A stretch of 64,000 nucleotides of DNA from the NCBI RefSeq assembly GCF_009914755.1, contig NC_060925.1; one strand, 5' to 3'. This document shows, piece by piece, positions 12,837 through 27,105 of the stretch (position 1 is its first letter; each line of letters opens with the position of its first letter). The position numbers were made by a program, and so were the translations under genes. This DNA comes from the human T2T-CHM13v2.0 reference genome, Homo sapiens. The notes beneath the pieces are model-generated. The model made no database searches. It saw only the letters and a list, made by a program, of their open reading frames with translations, and had not been told where the DNA came from.

Positions 12837-13924
12837 AATCTAAACTGTGCTAAGTCTCAGAGTTTTTAAAGCCTGAGAAACACTGAGCTAGATCCCTAAG
12901 GGTAAGGACCACATTTTATTCCTCTGTATTCCCAGCACCCAGCACAGGACCAGGCACAAAGTAAGCAAGAGTAAATGTTTGCTAAATGAATTAATATGCC
13001 CACAGTCATGATGCCAACTGCTCTGGAATTAGAACATGCTAATTAGAACAGAGCAGGGCCTAAGCAGCAAACAAAGCTTCTTCTCTTCCTTTCTTTATCC
13101 TTCCTCCTAGCCCACCCCATTCTGTCCTCCCTAGTTAAAAAGAGCGAAAAAGAGTGAAAGAAAGAGTGAGAGACACAGAGAGACAGACAGGGAGAGAGAG
13201 AATTGCCTTGGTGCCGGAATACCATTAAAAGGATTAATTTAGGGACCAGTGTTTGGACTGTCACATCCAATCACTACCCACAGATCTACAGCTTCCCAAA
13301 TCAGGCTCATGCAAAGAGGAATCAATTGCAAGGACACAGAGGGTCTGAACAGGCATACTAATGGCCTCCTGAGGTGCCAGCGGCCAGCTCTGACACTCCC
13401 ATAAATTATCCGCCTTTTGATTTTACCTGTAGCTGTGGGGCACAAGGCACAATTTTGAACACATCAAAGCAATCCCTGGTAACCCAAGGCTCCTCAAGGA
13501 ATGTCCCCAAAGAGGAAAGCCTAAAAACAATGATCCAAAAGGGAGTCTGCTTCCCAACAGTTCTGGTTCTAGCAATCATTAATTAAAACCCAACAGAACC
13601 AAATGGATAATGTGGGACCCAAATCAAACCTAGTAGATCTGGACACGGCATGCATCAGACTGCAGTTCTGCAATGACTATGCACCTCTCACTCAAGGAAA
13701 GTGAAATCACAGCAATAAACTAACACACTTTCATCTGGATGGCAAATCTGCCCTAGCTTTGACAGTACCTCGCAGCAGGACCTCAGGCAACTCATTTAAC
13801 CTTTCTAGGCCTCAGTTTCTTCATATGGTATCAAGGACAAGAATGCTGACCACCTGACCCACTTCCCAGAGTGCTGGTGGAAAGTAATTTTAAAAAATTT
13901 GAGAGGCACTTTACAAAGATGTAA

Positions 13925-14400
<476 letters not shown>

Positions 14401-15192
14401 TAAATGAACACCCATTGTCTGAAAATTTTCCATTATGAAAAGCAGTGCCTTGCTTTAGTTGTAAATTCCTCCTGTCTGCTGGCTGCCACCACAAGCAGCT
14501 ATCTTTTTAGCATATGTTCACAACGACAACTGTGAGGACACAAAAAATATGAAGCCAAAAGCCAAGTCACCCAAATACTGGCTGCTTTTTAAAAACTTAT
14601 TAATTATATAAAATTTGATTAGTGATAAAAGTTATCAAGACACTGTGCAAAGAGTTTTACATTATTAAATCCTTCAGCCAACTCGATTGTCTCATTATCT
14701 CCATTTTACAGATAGCAAAGTGAAGCCCAGAGAGGAAGGCACTTGCCCAAGGTCACATAAACACTGCTATCAGAAACCTACACTAGGGCTTGTAGGATGA
14801 AGACCTCCTACAAAAGAAAAGTAGGAAGAAAGGGAAAGTGCAGACATGGGACCCTCAGCTCTAACCTATTCATCAGACGCTCACCAAATACAATACTTTA
14901 TTTGGTCCCTGTCCTTGACATATACCATCATACCTGAACTAGGAGACATCTCCAAAATGTCTGGAAGAGGCCATCAGTCTTCTACAAGCAAGGAAAGGAG
15001 AAACCAAATAGGACATATATAGAATGAGGACAATTTCCTGGAAAGCTTAGGAAAATGGGTCATCCTCTGTGTGTACAGTTCAAGAAGTTCGAATTAATTG
15101 ACAATAAGCTATGAGCCCTAAGACCAAGACTCCTTCCAGGGCTCCGTTTATTCCATACTTCATTAAAATATAGTTTCCAAAGGATTTTAATC

Positions 15193-15603
<411 letters not shown>

Positions 15604-15609
15604 TAGTAA

Positions 15610-16270
<661 letters not shown>

Positions 16271-16339
16271 TAAAACATAAATCTAATGTCAGTCTACTGC
16301 TTAAAACCCTTTAATGGCTTCTTACTGTTCTTAAATCTG

Positions 16340-16560
16340 ATCCAGAGGTCAGCAAACTATGTCCCATGGGCCAAATCTAACTGTCACCTTTATTTTATAA
16401 ATAAAGTTTTACAGGAATACATCCATGCTCTTCCTTTTCATACTGTCTGTGGCTACTTTCATGCATAACTGCAGAGTTTAGTAGAGTTGAGAAGTTGTGA
16501 CAGAGACCCAAAGCCTAAATATTTACTATCTTATCCATTACAGAAAAAATTTTCAGAGCA
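16340..16560. mobile_element. MER58A-like hAT-Charlie DNA transposon
   Basis: CAGAGGTCAGCAAACTAT..GGGCCAAATC..AAAGCCTAAATATTTACTATC. Confidence 0.7.
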
Positions 16561-17060
16561 CTAATCTAATCTTTTTTCTACTCCCTGGTCTAATCCTAAG
16601 AGTTTATAAGGCTAAGGCTCTGGCCTCTGCTTAGCTCCTGCTTCATCTCTCCCCATATCCTCCTGTCCCCTGACCACTAAGTACTCTGTTTCAGCCACAT
16701 TGAACTTTCTCAAATTCAACAAAGCTCTGACACTTGGTCCCTCATGTCTTCACCTAATTTTTTTTTTTTAATTTCCCGTGTTCTTTGAGGGTTCGTTTAA
16801 TTCTATGTGAGGAGGTTTACTTCCTCTGAGAGGCCTTCCCTGAGTCTACAAGTCTGGGTTAGAGACCTTTCTGAGTATTCCCAAAGCCTCTACACTTCCC
16901 TTACTATAGCACTCTCAGATCATATCATAACTGCCTTTTTACTATCAGTCTCTCCCATGAATTTGTAAGCTCTATGGTGTCAGGGAAGGTGGCTTTCTTG
17001 TTCACCACTACAATCCCAGGAACTAGCACAGTGCCTGGCCCTTAGCTATTGAACAAACAA
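16560..17060 (+). mobile_element. L2 3' fragment
   Basis: TCTTGTTCACCAC..CTAGCACAGTGCCTGGC terminal L2 motif. Confidence 0.65.
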
Positions 17061-17229
17061 GCTCGAGTCCCTGGATATCAATCATCCAGAGTATGCCTCT
17101 TTAGCTGGTCCCTGATCCTTGTAAAACAGACAGGTTGGAACTAACCACCCACCAAAAGGTGACATGCAACCTAAATTAAACCAAGATCCCAAAGGCCTTG
17201 GTCAAATACATTAGCAAAAGCCAAACGAG

Positions 17230-17332
17230 AGCCAGGTGTAGTGGCACATGCCTGTAGCTCCAGCTACTTGTGGGCAGGAGATCACTTGAACCCAGGAGTT
17301 CGAGCCCAGCATGGGCAACCTAGCAAGGTCTC

Positions 17333-17383
<51 letters not shown>
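17230..17383 (+). mobile_element. FLAM/Alu monomer whose tail is an (ATAG)12 tetranucleotide repeat (17333-17380)
   Basis: Monomeric Alu sequence directly followed by a GATA repeat. Confidence 0.85.
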
Positions 17384-17384
<1 letters not shown>

Positions 17385-17768
17385 ATGTTTAAAGCCAAAT
17401 GAAGATGTTTCTTCCTATTTTCTTAAGATGTGTATTTCTCAGGATAATGGGCTATTCTGGTTCTATTCAACCATCCTGAACCTAAAGTAGGTGCTCATGA
17501 GATGCCCATAAAGCAGTTGTGACAGAACTTGACAGTCTGGATCTCCCACCTCCAACTCTTACCACTTTAGAAACTTTAAGTAAGTTTCTACAGACTTTGA
17601 GCATATGTTACTTTATCAGAAGAAGCTACAAAAAAATATGATTCGTTTAGACTTTGGGGATACATGGGAAAAAAAATACAATCTGCATCAGCCCCCACCC
17701 CCTACCCTCCAAGCCCAAATACTCAGAAGAAAATAAAGCCAGACTTGACCATGCAACAGGATTCTCAC

Positions 17769-17844
17769 CTCTCCTTACTTCGAAGATGCCAAGACCGGCA
17801 GCTGGGGATGCTGAAGGTTCTGTGAGAGCTGGAAAGCCCCAATG
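17769..17844 (-). CDS. ERI3: ERI3 coding exon 2 (76 nt, HWGFPALTEPSASPAAGLGIFEVRR+G)
   Basis: Acceptor tttatccacAG at 17845-46 and donor GAG|GTGAGA at 17767-68; continues the exon 1 frame and joins exon 3 in phase 1. Confidence 0.95.
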
Positions 17845-18841
17845 CTGTGGATAAATACACATCTCTGCAACAAGTCTATTTCAATACCAAGGATCAAATC
17901 CCCATGAAGGATACTACACCTCAAACTCTAAACTCAAACTTCGGGATAACTGCTATCTATGTGCAAAGACAGTGCCCCCACAGAGCTTTCAGAAACTATT
18001 AGTACTACATTTGTAATGATTTTCATGTTCTCTAGTCATATACTTTTGCTCCTAAGGAGGCTCACCTCCTAGAAACACTAAACATTTACCGAGAAAGATA
18101 GCTATGAAGTGGTGCCTCTGGGTAGTTTCAGAATCCTAGTCTAGTCAAGGAGGAAGACACTGGTAAGGCTGACAATATTCAGAACTAAGGAACTAAGGCT
18201 GGGCCAGGACTGGGGTAGGGGTTGGTTGCCACAAATCCACAAGCCATACTGAAAATGGCCACATAGACTAGGAAACACTTTCAGGATAGTTCCAAGCCTG
18301 CTTCAAGCTCTAAGAAAGTCAAGGTAACTAAATCCCAAGTCAAAACATCAATAGATACCTATCATCCTTTTCAACTAATTCATATCCTCCAAAGGACCAG
18401 AAGTTGCAGAGATGCCCCTGTTAGTGATGTCTTTTGCATAAAGAAACACCTAGGGTTGGAACTAATATATTCCTGTCTACCATTCCACACATTTAAGACT
18501 TTCTTCTACTCAGATCCCCTGGGAAAAGGCCACTCACCAATTTACCCCACCACAAAGAAAACACTTTTTAAAATGAAAGGGAATAAAAGCACTTTTATTT
18601 GGAAATTTCAAGTTGGAAGAAAAGCTCTTAGCCAAGCTCTATGACCTAGCTAGCTGATTATTTACAGGATCTTTGGGCAGGAATTGTTAATGAGCTTTTA
18701 ATTTGGAGTGCTTAAGTTGCCAAAGTGCTCTGAGCTCCAGTGAAGCACCACAGAATCTATAAAGGAAACCTTATCAATCACTTCCCGGCAGCTCCCTTCC
18801 CCCAACCCCCACCTCCTGAGGAAAAGGCAGCCAAGTGGGTT

Positions 18842-18874
18842 TCTAACCAGGATCACAGACACACATTAGTGGAG
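18842..18874 (+). repeat. 33-bp perfect direct repeat, copy 1 (ERI3 intron 1)
   Basis: TCTAACCAGGATCACAGACACACATTAGTGGAG, identical to 20483-20515. Confidence 0.95.
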
Positions 18875-19810
18875 TCACACTCCAAGTCCCTGTTTATAAA
18901 TTGGCTTTTAAATGGTAGGAGATTCAGGTATAATAAACTAAGCTCCAAGCAAGAACCCACTAAAACAAGGCATGCTGTATATGATAAAGTCAGAATAAAG
19001 CAGAATTTGATGAAGCCAATTTCTGGAAGAAACTCTACAATCAAAACTCATTTAGCCACTCACAACCTACTATAGTTTGAATAGCGTACACTCTTTTAGC
19101 CAATAGGATTCATGTTTTGCTGCCCTTCCGCTGGGAGACTGATTAAATGTCTGACAAGAGTAAATGCCATTGAAGTGGCCAGAGACCTCTCGCAGACACA
19201 ACGATGGGCACTATTTGTTGCAAAATCCAGCTCTAAGGACAAAATCCAAACCCCCATTGAGGGGCCCCACATCCAGCATCTTCCAAGTCAACAAGGAGCA
19301 GTTATATTTTGCAAGAACTCGCAGTCAAGCCTCAATCCAAGTTCATGCTTTTTTTAAGAAAACACCTGTTGCTGGACCATTTGCAAGACAGGCAAACAGA
19401 AAGCTAGCCAGGTTAGGCCCTTATTCACTCCTTCCACCATCACTACTACCACCGCTTCAGATTTACAAAGAGGTAAACTGCTAACCTGGTGTGTGGGCAT
19501 GTGTTGGCGAGAGGGTCAAGGGAATGTTCTACCCACAATCTCCATGCTCCATTTCTAGCCTCTCTGGTCAAACCTTTTTCTTCTCTAGTAATCCCAGTAA
19601 GTCAACCCCCTTAATAAACTCACCCATCCTGTCTTGCAAAGCTCTGCCCCGCTCCCCCTCCGCCAGAACATTACTCAGTAGATTAAGTAAGCATCCAGGG
19701 TAAGCACATGGGCCAGCACCCCAGGTTGCATAAATTCTGCGCACCGCGACCCTCACCCCGCATGCATTAACCAGGGCCCAATCTTGGCGGGGCCATTCAG
19801 CATCACCCAC

Positions 19811-19945
19811 CCCGGGGTGTTGCCCCCAACTCGGGCCCATCCAAGTCCAGGGGAGAGTAAGGGGAGGGGCGGGGGGCCAGGAGACCAGCCCTCCTTCCCA
19901 GGGCCGCCCCCGCCCCCCGTCAGCAGCGGGAGAGGCTGTCGCCAT
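19811..19945 (-). CDS. ERI3: ERI3 coding exon 1 (45 codons, MATASPAADGG...GQHPG)
   Basis: ATG at 19945 in a GCCATGG Kozak context; translation matches the recalled human ERI3 N-terminus; donor GGG|GTGGGT at 19810; 135 nt, phase 0. Confidence 0.96.
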
Positions 19946-20366
19946 GGCAACGCCCCCTCCTCGGGGCCAGCGCGGCAGGCTCCCTCCAGGTGCAGGCCCC
20001 GACGTCTCCCTCGGCCTCAGCAAGCGCTCAGGGCAGTTGGCGGCGGCGGGCGCGGCCCGCGCCGACTGCGGCGCCGGCCAGGCAGAGGCAGGGCCAGCTC
20101 CGCCCGCTCCCCACCGCCCGTTCCCGGCCGCCTGAACAGCGGCAGCCAGCACCACGAGTCCACAACACACCGACTCACCTCCGCGCACTCTGACCCCGAC
20201 CGACGCGGCGGACGGGCGGGCGCTGTGGCCAACCGCTGAGCCCGCTGCCGACCCCTTTGACCAATGGGCTGCAGTCAGGCGGGGCTTCTTCTCCCCAAAC
20301 GCTCGCTCTCCCGCCGACATGCGCGCTAAGGTATGTCAAGATGGTGACTCCCGGCCGCCGGCCTTA

Positions 20367-20380
20367 TGGGACTTGTAGTT
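20367..20380 (-). promoter_or_regulatory. ZNF143/THAP11-type ACTACAnnTCCCA promoter motif
   Basis: Plus strand TGGGACTTGTAGTT reads AACTACAAGTCCCA on the minus strand, just upstream of the CpG island. Confidence 0.75.
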
Positions 20381-20482
20381 TTGACGTTGCACAAACTCAG
20401 AAGAGAAGACGGGGACGGGGACATCACTTCTGATCTGTGAAAGGAATTTTTTTAAAATGAAACTTTCTATGGCCTACAGCGA

Positions 20483-20515
20483 TCTAACCAGGATCACAGA
20501 CACACATTAGTGGAG
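20483..20515 (+). repeat. 33-bp perfect direct repeat, copy 2 (upstream of ERI3 promoter)
   Basis: Identical to 18842-18874. Confidence 0.95.
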
Positions 20516-21560
20516 CCCCCCATCTCCGTTTTCCCGCCCTCCAATATACCCGTAAGGTGAATGTGGGCTCACAACGTGACAGAATTCTATTTACATGACT
20601 CCTCATGATTCGTTCATTCAACAAGTAATTATTGTCATCTACTTTCGGATGTGGGCCTGGGGGAGACCTGAGACAAGGAGGGATTAAGCTAAGAGGAAAA
20701 TGCTTAGATTTGTGAAGGGCCGTCCTAAGGAAGAGGGAACTGGCTTGTTCAGGTCCACTCAGAGGAAACTTCTGTTTAAAAGGTTTCTGGCCTCAGCTGT
20801 GAGGAGCTTCCCCAGTCAGTCTCTCCAGTAAGCTGGAGAGACCTGTGTTTCTTCATCCTGGTTATGCCTTTCTGGGTAGTCATGGGTCCCAGGTTATGAG
20901 CTGGGAATGATGGCTTTGACAGCTTCCCAATCGGTCAGGACCCCATCCTCTGGGCCCAGCTTCAGTTACCAAGCCCCTCTGTGTGCTGTCTGCATACTTA
21001 CACTTAGGATGATGTCATTTCTGGGCCCTACCACCTCTGAGAGCGGACCTTACCATAACGGTTTCCACCTGAGCTGAGAGTGCCTGGTAATCCCCATATC
21101 AGGGAATGCCTTCCTTAATCCCACCCACGTCATAGGTTAGGTGATTCTGCTGTGGACCTATAGCATTTATCATATTGTCTTATAATTGTCTGTTTCCTTG
21201 TTGTCGCTCCCACAGGGTTTTAAGTCCTTTAGGAAAAGCATTTTTTCCATATTGTTCATGTTGTATCAGTAATACACCGCATAGGGCAGGTATAAAGAAG
21301 GCCCGCAATAAATGTCTGCGAACAAATGAGGGAATATCCAGCAGCAGGGACAGACTTATCCCGAGGTCAGTAAAGTGGAGGCACTATCCCCCAACTCTTG
21401 GAGCTGGAACAGATTCTCCTATTATTACCTACACATTAACCCCAGTTGGTCAGTCAGTCCATCTGTATTTATAGTGCCTCTCTTAAGTGTCAGGCACTGT
21501 TTCTGTTGCTGAGGATTCATTGATGAATAACGACACACCTCTATTCTCAAGGAGCTTTTA

Positions 21561-21812
<252 letters not shown>

Positions 21813-22239
21813 ATAAATTGGGGAGGGGCTGTAGGAGGAAGAATAGATAATAAAACAAGTAAATATAAAAATAAGACAAGAGGCAGTGAGATAGCTTTGT
21901 TATATACTGAGTTATGGCCTGAGAGTAGGGCACAGCCAATCTTCTTGGCTGTAAGAATGAAGTAAATCTATAGTATCTGGATTCAAGGCTTTATGTAATG
22001 CCCAGCCCCAACATCCTCTGTGGAGCCTTCCATGGTCCCCTTGACTTCCCCAGAATGTGTTCTTTCCTCCTTGGTGCACTAGGGCTCAACTGTACAGCTT
22101 CCAGGACTTCACCACACTGTAAGTTCTTTTTGTACAAAGACCAGGCAAATTGATTCAAATAATAGAACAGTTTAACAGCTCAGTATACACTTGGTATCTT
22201 ACACTGCCGCCTAACACAGCACTTGGCTTTCTCAAGCCA

Positions 22240-22900
22240 TGGCTCTGTTGTGTGCTATCTGGTTCCCTAGAAAACAGAGCCTGGGCCGGGCACAGTGGCT
22301 CATGCCTGTAATCCCAACACTTTGGCAGGCCAAGGTGGAAGGATTGCTTGAGCCCGGGGGTTCATGACCAGACTGGTCAACATAGCAAGATTCCATCTCT
22401 ATAAAAGAAAAAAAAGGAAACGGAGCCTGAGGCAAAACTTATGTGCTCAAATTTAATTGGGGAGTTCAATCCCAAGGCATCAAGAGTGAGGGGAGCCGGG
22501 TATGGTGACGCATGTAGTAGTCGCAGCTACTCAGGAGGCAGAAGACTGAGGCAGGAGGATCGCTTGAAGTCAGGAGTTCAAGGCTAGCCTGGGCAACATG
22601 GCAAGACTCCGTGACTTAAATAAACAAATAAATAAAAGAGTGGGGGAAGGGGGGAAGTGAAGCAGGGAAGGAGGGAAAGAACGTACAAGATAGTGTCTTA
22701 CTGAGAAGTTGGCCAGTGCCTCAAAGAAAATACAACTAGTTGCTCTGTCGTACAAGGTGTGTAGAACCATCCTGTGTGACAGGGAGAAGGAAGGGTTATG
22801 TTACCCCACCACTGCCGTAGCCACAGGGGGTGCCAGATTCCACACCTGGAAGCACAGTCATTCATTTGAGACTAGAAACGGTGAGAGGAATCAAAGCCTC
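22240..22900 (-). mobile_element. ERVL-class LTR (LTR33/LTR16-like) interrupted by two FLAM monomers (22284-22415, 22494-22636)
   Basis: GGTTCCCTAGAAAACAGAGCCTG[FLAM]AGGCAAAAC..; FLAM TSD AAAC(A/G)GAGCCTG. Confidence 0.55.
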
Positions 22901-23172
22901 TGGTTGGGTCAGATTAGGTCCACTGCAGTCCCGCCACAGTGGGCACATTGGAGGCTGTGTCAAAACCTAGCCATCATCCCAAGGGAAACAAAGACAACCA
23001 GAGGTGTTAGTAAATGAGGTGGGAGTGGCAGTTGAGCTGTGCAATAAATAAGTGGCCAATGGCCAGAGTCGGGGATGCAGATGAGGCAAGGGCAAGTGAA
23101 TTTGGGGAGGCAGATGAACTGAGTTCAATACACAGACACACAGACACCCTAGCTGCTGGATTGAGCGACTGA

Positions 23173-23587
<415 letters not shown>

Positions 23588-25187
23588 TAGGACCTTAACC
23601 AGCTGTCAAAGCGCAGAGAGTGCAGGACCCAAGGATAATACATGGCAGCCCGCAAACCTTGGCACAGCTGAGAGAACCCAGACTGGGTCTGAAACCGTTT
23701 TATGTGGCAACTGGAAGACCTGCTACTGCTGTCGTAGTCCCTGTAAGCTATGTAAAACAGCATAGGAGGGTGGGCTCAGAGAGAACCTGTTCAGGTTTGA
23801 GTCCTGGCTCCATCTGTGACCTTAGGCAAGTCACATACCTCTCTGAAGTTCAGTTTCTTCATCTCTAGAATGTAGATAATACTTGTATCTACTTGTTATT
23901 GGAATTAAATATACAACTGCTTAGCACTATCTAGAATAAAGAGTTCAGTAAACAGTGGCTATTACTATTATTCTCACCCTTCCCCTACCCCTTTCTCCTG
24001 CCCCTCTTCCCACCATGACCACCACCACCCCACCTCCTCTTCTCCCCAACCCAACCCCCTAGCAGTCTTCTGCCACTCCGGGAGGAGTCAGGGCTGGATC
24101 TGGCCATGCCGCCTTCTTCCTGCTTTTCCCCAGAGCTGTTCCCCAAGAGCTTGAGCCATTCATCTCCCTGGTGACCTGAATCTGAACTAAGAGATGGATG
24201 TGGGGTGGCAGAGGCCAGGGTGGTAATGTGCTCCCTTATCTCCGTGCCCCTCACTAGGGCCTAGTTAATTTTCCCTTTGATTTTAATATAGATTTATTGA
24301 AAGTTTCAGTTATCAAAACAAACTGCAGCAGCAAATTGGTGTTCTTTGCAGGCCTACAAGTGCCTATAAAGCTGCCATGCTTGGGAACGAATGGCGCTCT
24401 CCGGGAGGTCAGTCATGGCAACAGGAAGTCCCTGGGGACACACACACTGCAGTTTAATATTTTTCTTATTAGCCTTTTTCTTCTTAGCTATCTAAGCCTC
24501 CCCTTTAAATCGGAAATCAAATGGAGCCACCTGCCCAGGGAGGTTCTCTTCCTTAGGCTGTGACACTCTCTGCCTACTCTCTGTCCCCTCTCTAGTCCCA
24601 GTGTCCTTACCTCAAATCCTGTGACTCCACCCTGATTTGCCCCCGGGCCCAGAGAGAGTCATGATTCACATGCCCCAGAGGTGTGGCTCACAAATGTCAT
24701 GAATCCCACAGCTTTGTCCCAACTGTACAAAGTCAGTTTGGGCTATCTAGCCACTAGTCAGAGGCAAAGCAGCCCTAGAAAAGATTGGGGCCCCAGATTT
24801 CTTCCATATCTTATGCTCAGAAGGGAGGAAAAAGCAAAGTTTGAAAGCAAAGCAGTTGCTTTCAAAGAGGCAGACGATCCTGCCAGGATGTATTGAACTC
24901 AACGGAAGTAAAAAGGAGATGGTGATCCTAGAGAGTGTGCAAGCTCTCCTTCCAGCCCAACAATTTTCCAATTTCATTCTCGTAGTCCCAATGCTACTCC
25001 CAATATGGCTCCCCCTCCTCTCAATCGCAGCTTGATTTTTGAGGCTCCTCTCTCTGGCCCCAATTTGCATAAGGACCAGCCAGCACTCTCTAGTGCCCCA
25101 GGGGCTCCCGTAGCTAGAACCATTCACTGCCACTTCTAGGATCTGAATCAGTCCTGTCCTAGCGGAGGGTCTCCATGCCTGGTAATC

Positions 25188-25496
25188 TCTTTTTTTTTTT
25201 TTTTTTTTTTTTTTGAGACAGGGTCTCACTCTGTCACCTAGGCTAGAGGGCAGTGGCTAAATCACGGCCCACTCCCAGGCTCAAGCACTCTTTCAACCTC
25301 AGGCTCTCGAGTAGCTGGGACTATGGGTTTGTGCAACTTCGCCTGGCTACTTTTTATTTGTTTGTTTGTGTTTTTTTGTAGAGACAGGGTTTTACCATGT
25401 TGCCCAGGCTAGTCTCAAACTCCTAAGCTCAAGTGAACTTCCTGCCTCAGCCTCCCAAAATGCTGGTATTATAGGCATGAACCACCCCACCCGACC
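25188..25496 (-). mobile_element. AluJ
   Basis: Diverged Alu; TSD CCTGGTAATC. Confidence 0.88.
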
Positions 25497-25617
25497 CACA
25501 CCTGGTAATCCTGAGGGCACCGTCATCCTTTCTGGGTCTGATATGCAGCTGCATCACGTTTGTGAGCCGCATCCCAATTCCCAATGTCCTCGCCTCGTTC
25601 TTAAACATTCCCTGCTA

Positions 25618-25958
<341 letters not shown>

Positions 25959-26794
25959 TCAGACTATGACTTAAGGGTCTGGACAACTATAGCTGTGTGC
26001 CAGAATGGTGGAAGATGCTGAGGTTTGGACCCAGACAGTGCAGGATTTGAATCCTGGCTCTGACACTTACTGACTGACTTTGTGACTTGGGAAATCTCTT
26101 TGTGGTTTCATTGCACCTTCTGCTTACATCTACTCTTGTCTGGGGAGCACAGTAATAGAGTGATTTGCCTCGTGTCTCTATCCTACAATATTCTGAGATC
26201 CTCAAGGAACAGGACTGGTGTCTTATCTTTATATTCCATGTGCATATAGTTGATGAATAACTGAAGACAGCTTCTCTGAGCCTGTTTCCTCAACTGTAAA
26301 ATGGAGATAATGCCTATATCACCAATATAGTGAAGAAAGTGCCCACCCAGCATAAGGTAGGTACTTGCTGAGTAAAGTTTCCTTCATCAATTTTCCTTAG
26401 AGTTTCGTTGTCAACCACGAACACTCCTACTTTTCTCCTGTTCCCACCTCAGCTTCAGGTTCAGCTCTCTCTTGTTGTCTACTAGGGCTTTCGCATCACT
26501 GATCAGAGGTCAGCATTCACCTGGGTCCCTTTGGAGTGGTGCTGACTTCTCTCCTCCAGGCCAGGCTCCCTTTATCTTTCCAAACCCACTCAGAAACTGC
26601 TGCCTCCTGGTGGCTCTGTTTCTGGTCAAAAGTCAGATTCCCTAGACTGCCTTGTAGTTCATCTGTAGCAATGCAGATATTCTCAGGCCAATAGTCTATA
26701 CTGGCTCATAGTACAAATGTGTTTACATTTACATTCATTCATATACCAGTCTTGCTAATTGTAGGCATCCACCTGTTCCTATAAAAATACCAAT

Positions 26795-27105
<311 letters not shown>

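Larger units (their letters stand above)
19740..20420. promoter_or_regulatory. ERI3: CpG island / ERI3 promoter and 5' UTR
   Basis: Only CpG-dense, GC-rich segment in the window; GC boxes (GGGCGG ~20213-20219, GGCGGGGC ~20278-85); CCAAT at 20261; NRF1-like CATGCGCG ~20318; YY1-like AAGATGG ~20338. Confidence 0.9.

Noticed and set aside
19784-20239. Pro/Arg/Gly-rich plus-strand ORFs over the CpG island
   Set aside because: Expected from stop-codon depletion in GC-rich DNA; non-ATG starts
22818-22838. GCCACAGGGGGTGCC, CTCF-like
   Set aside because: Spacing is off by one base and a core position mismatches; lies in an LTR remnant
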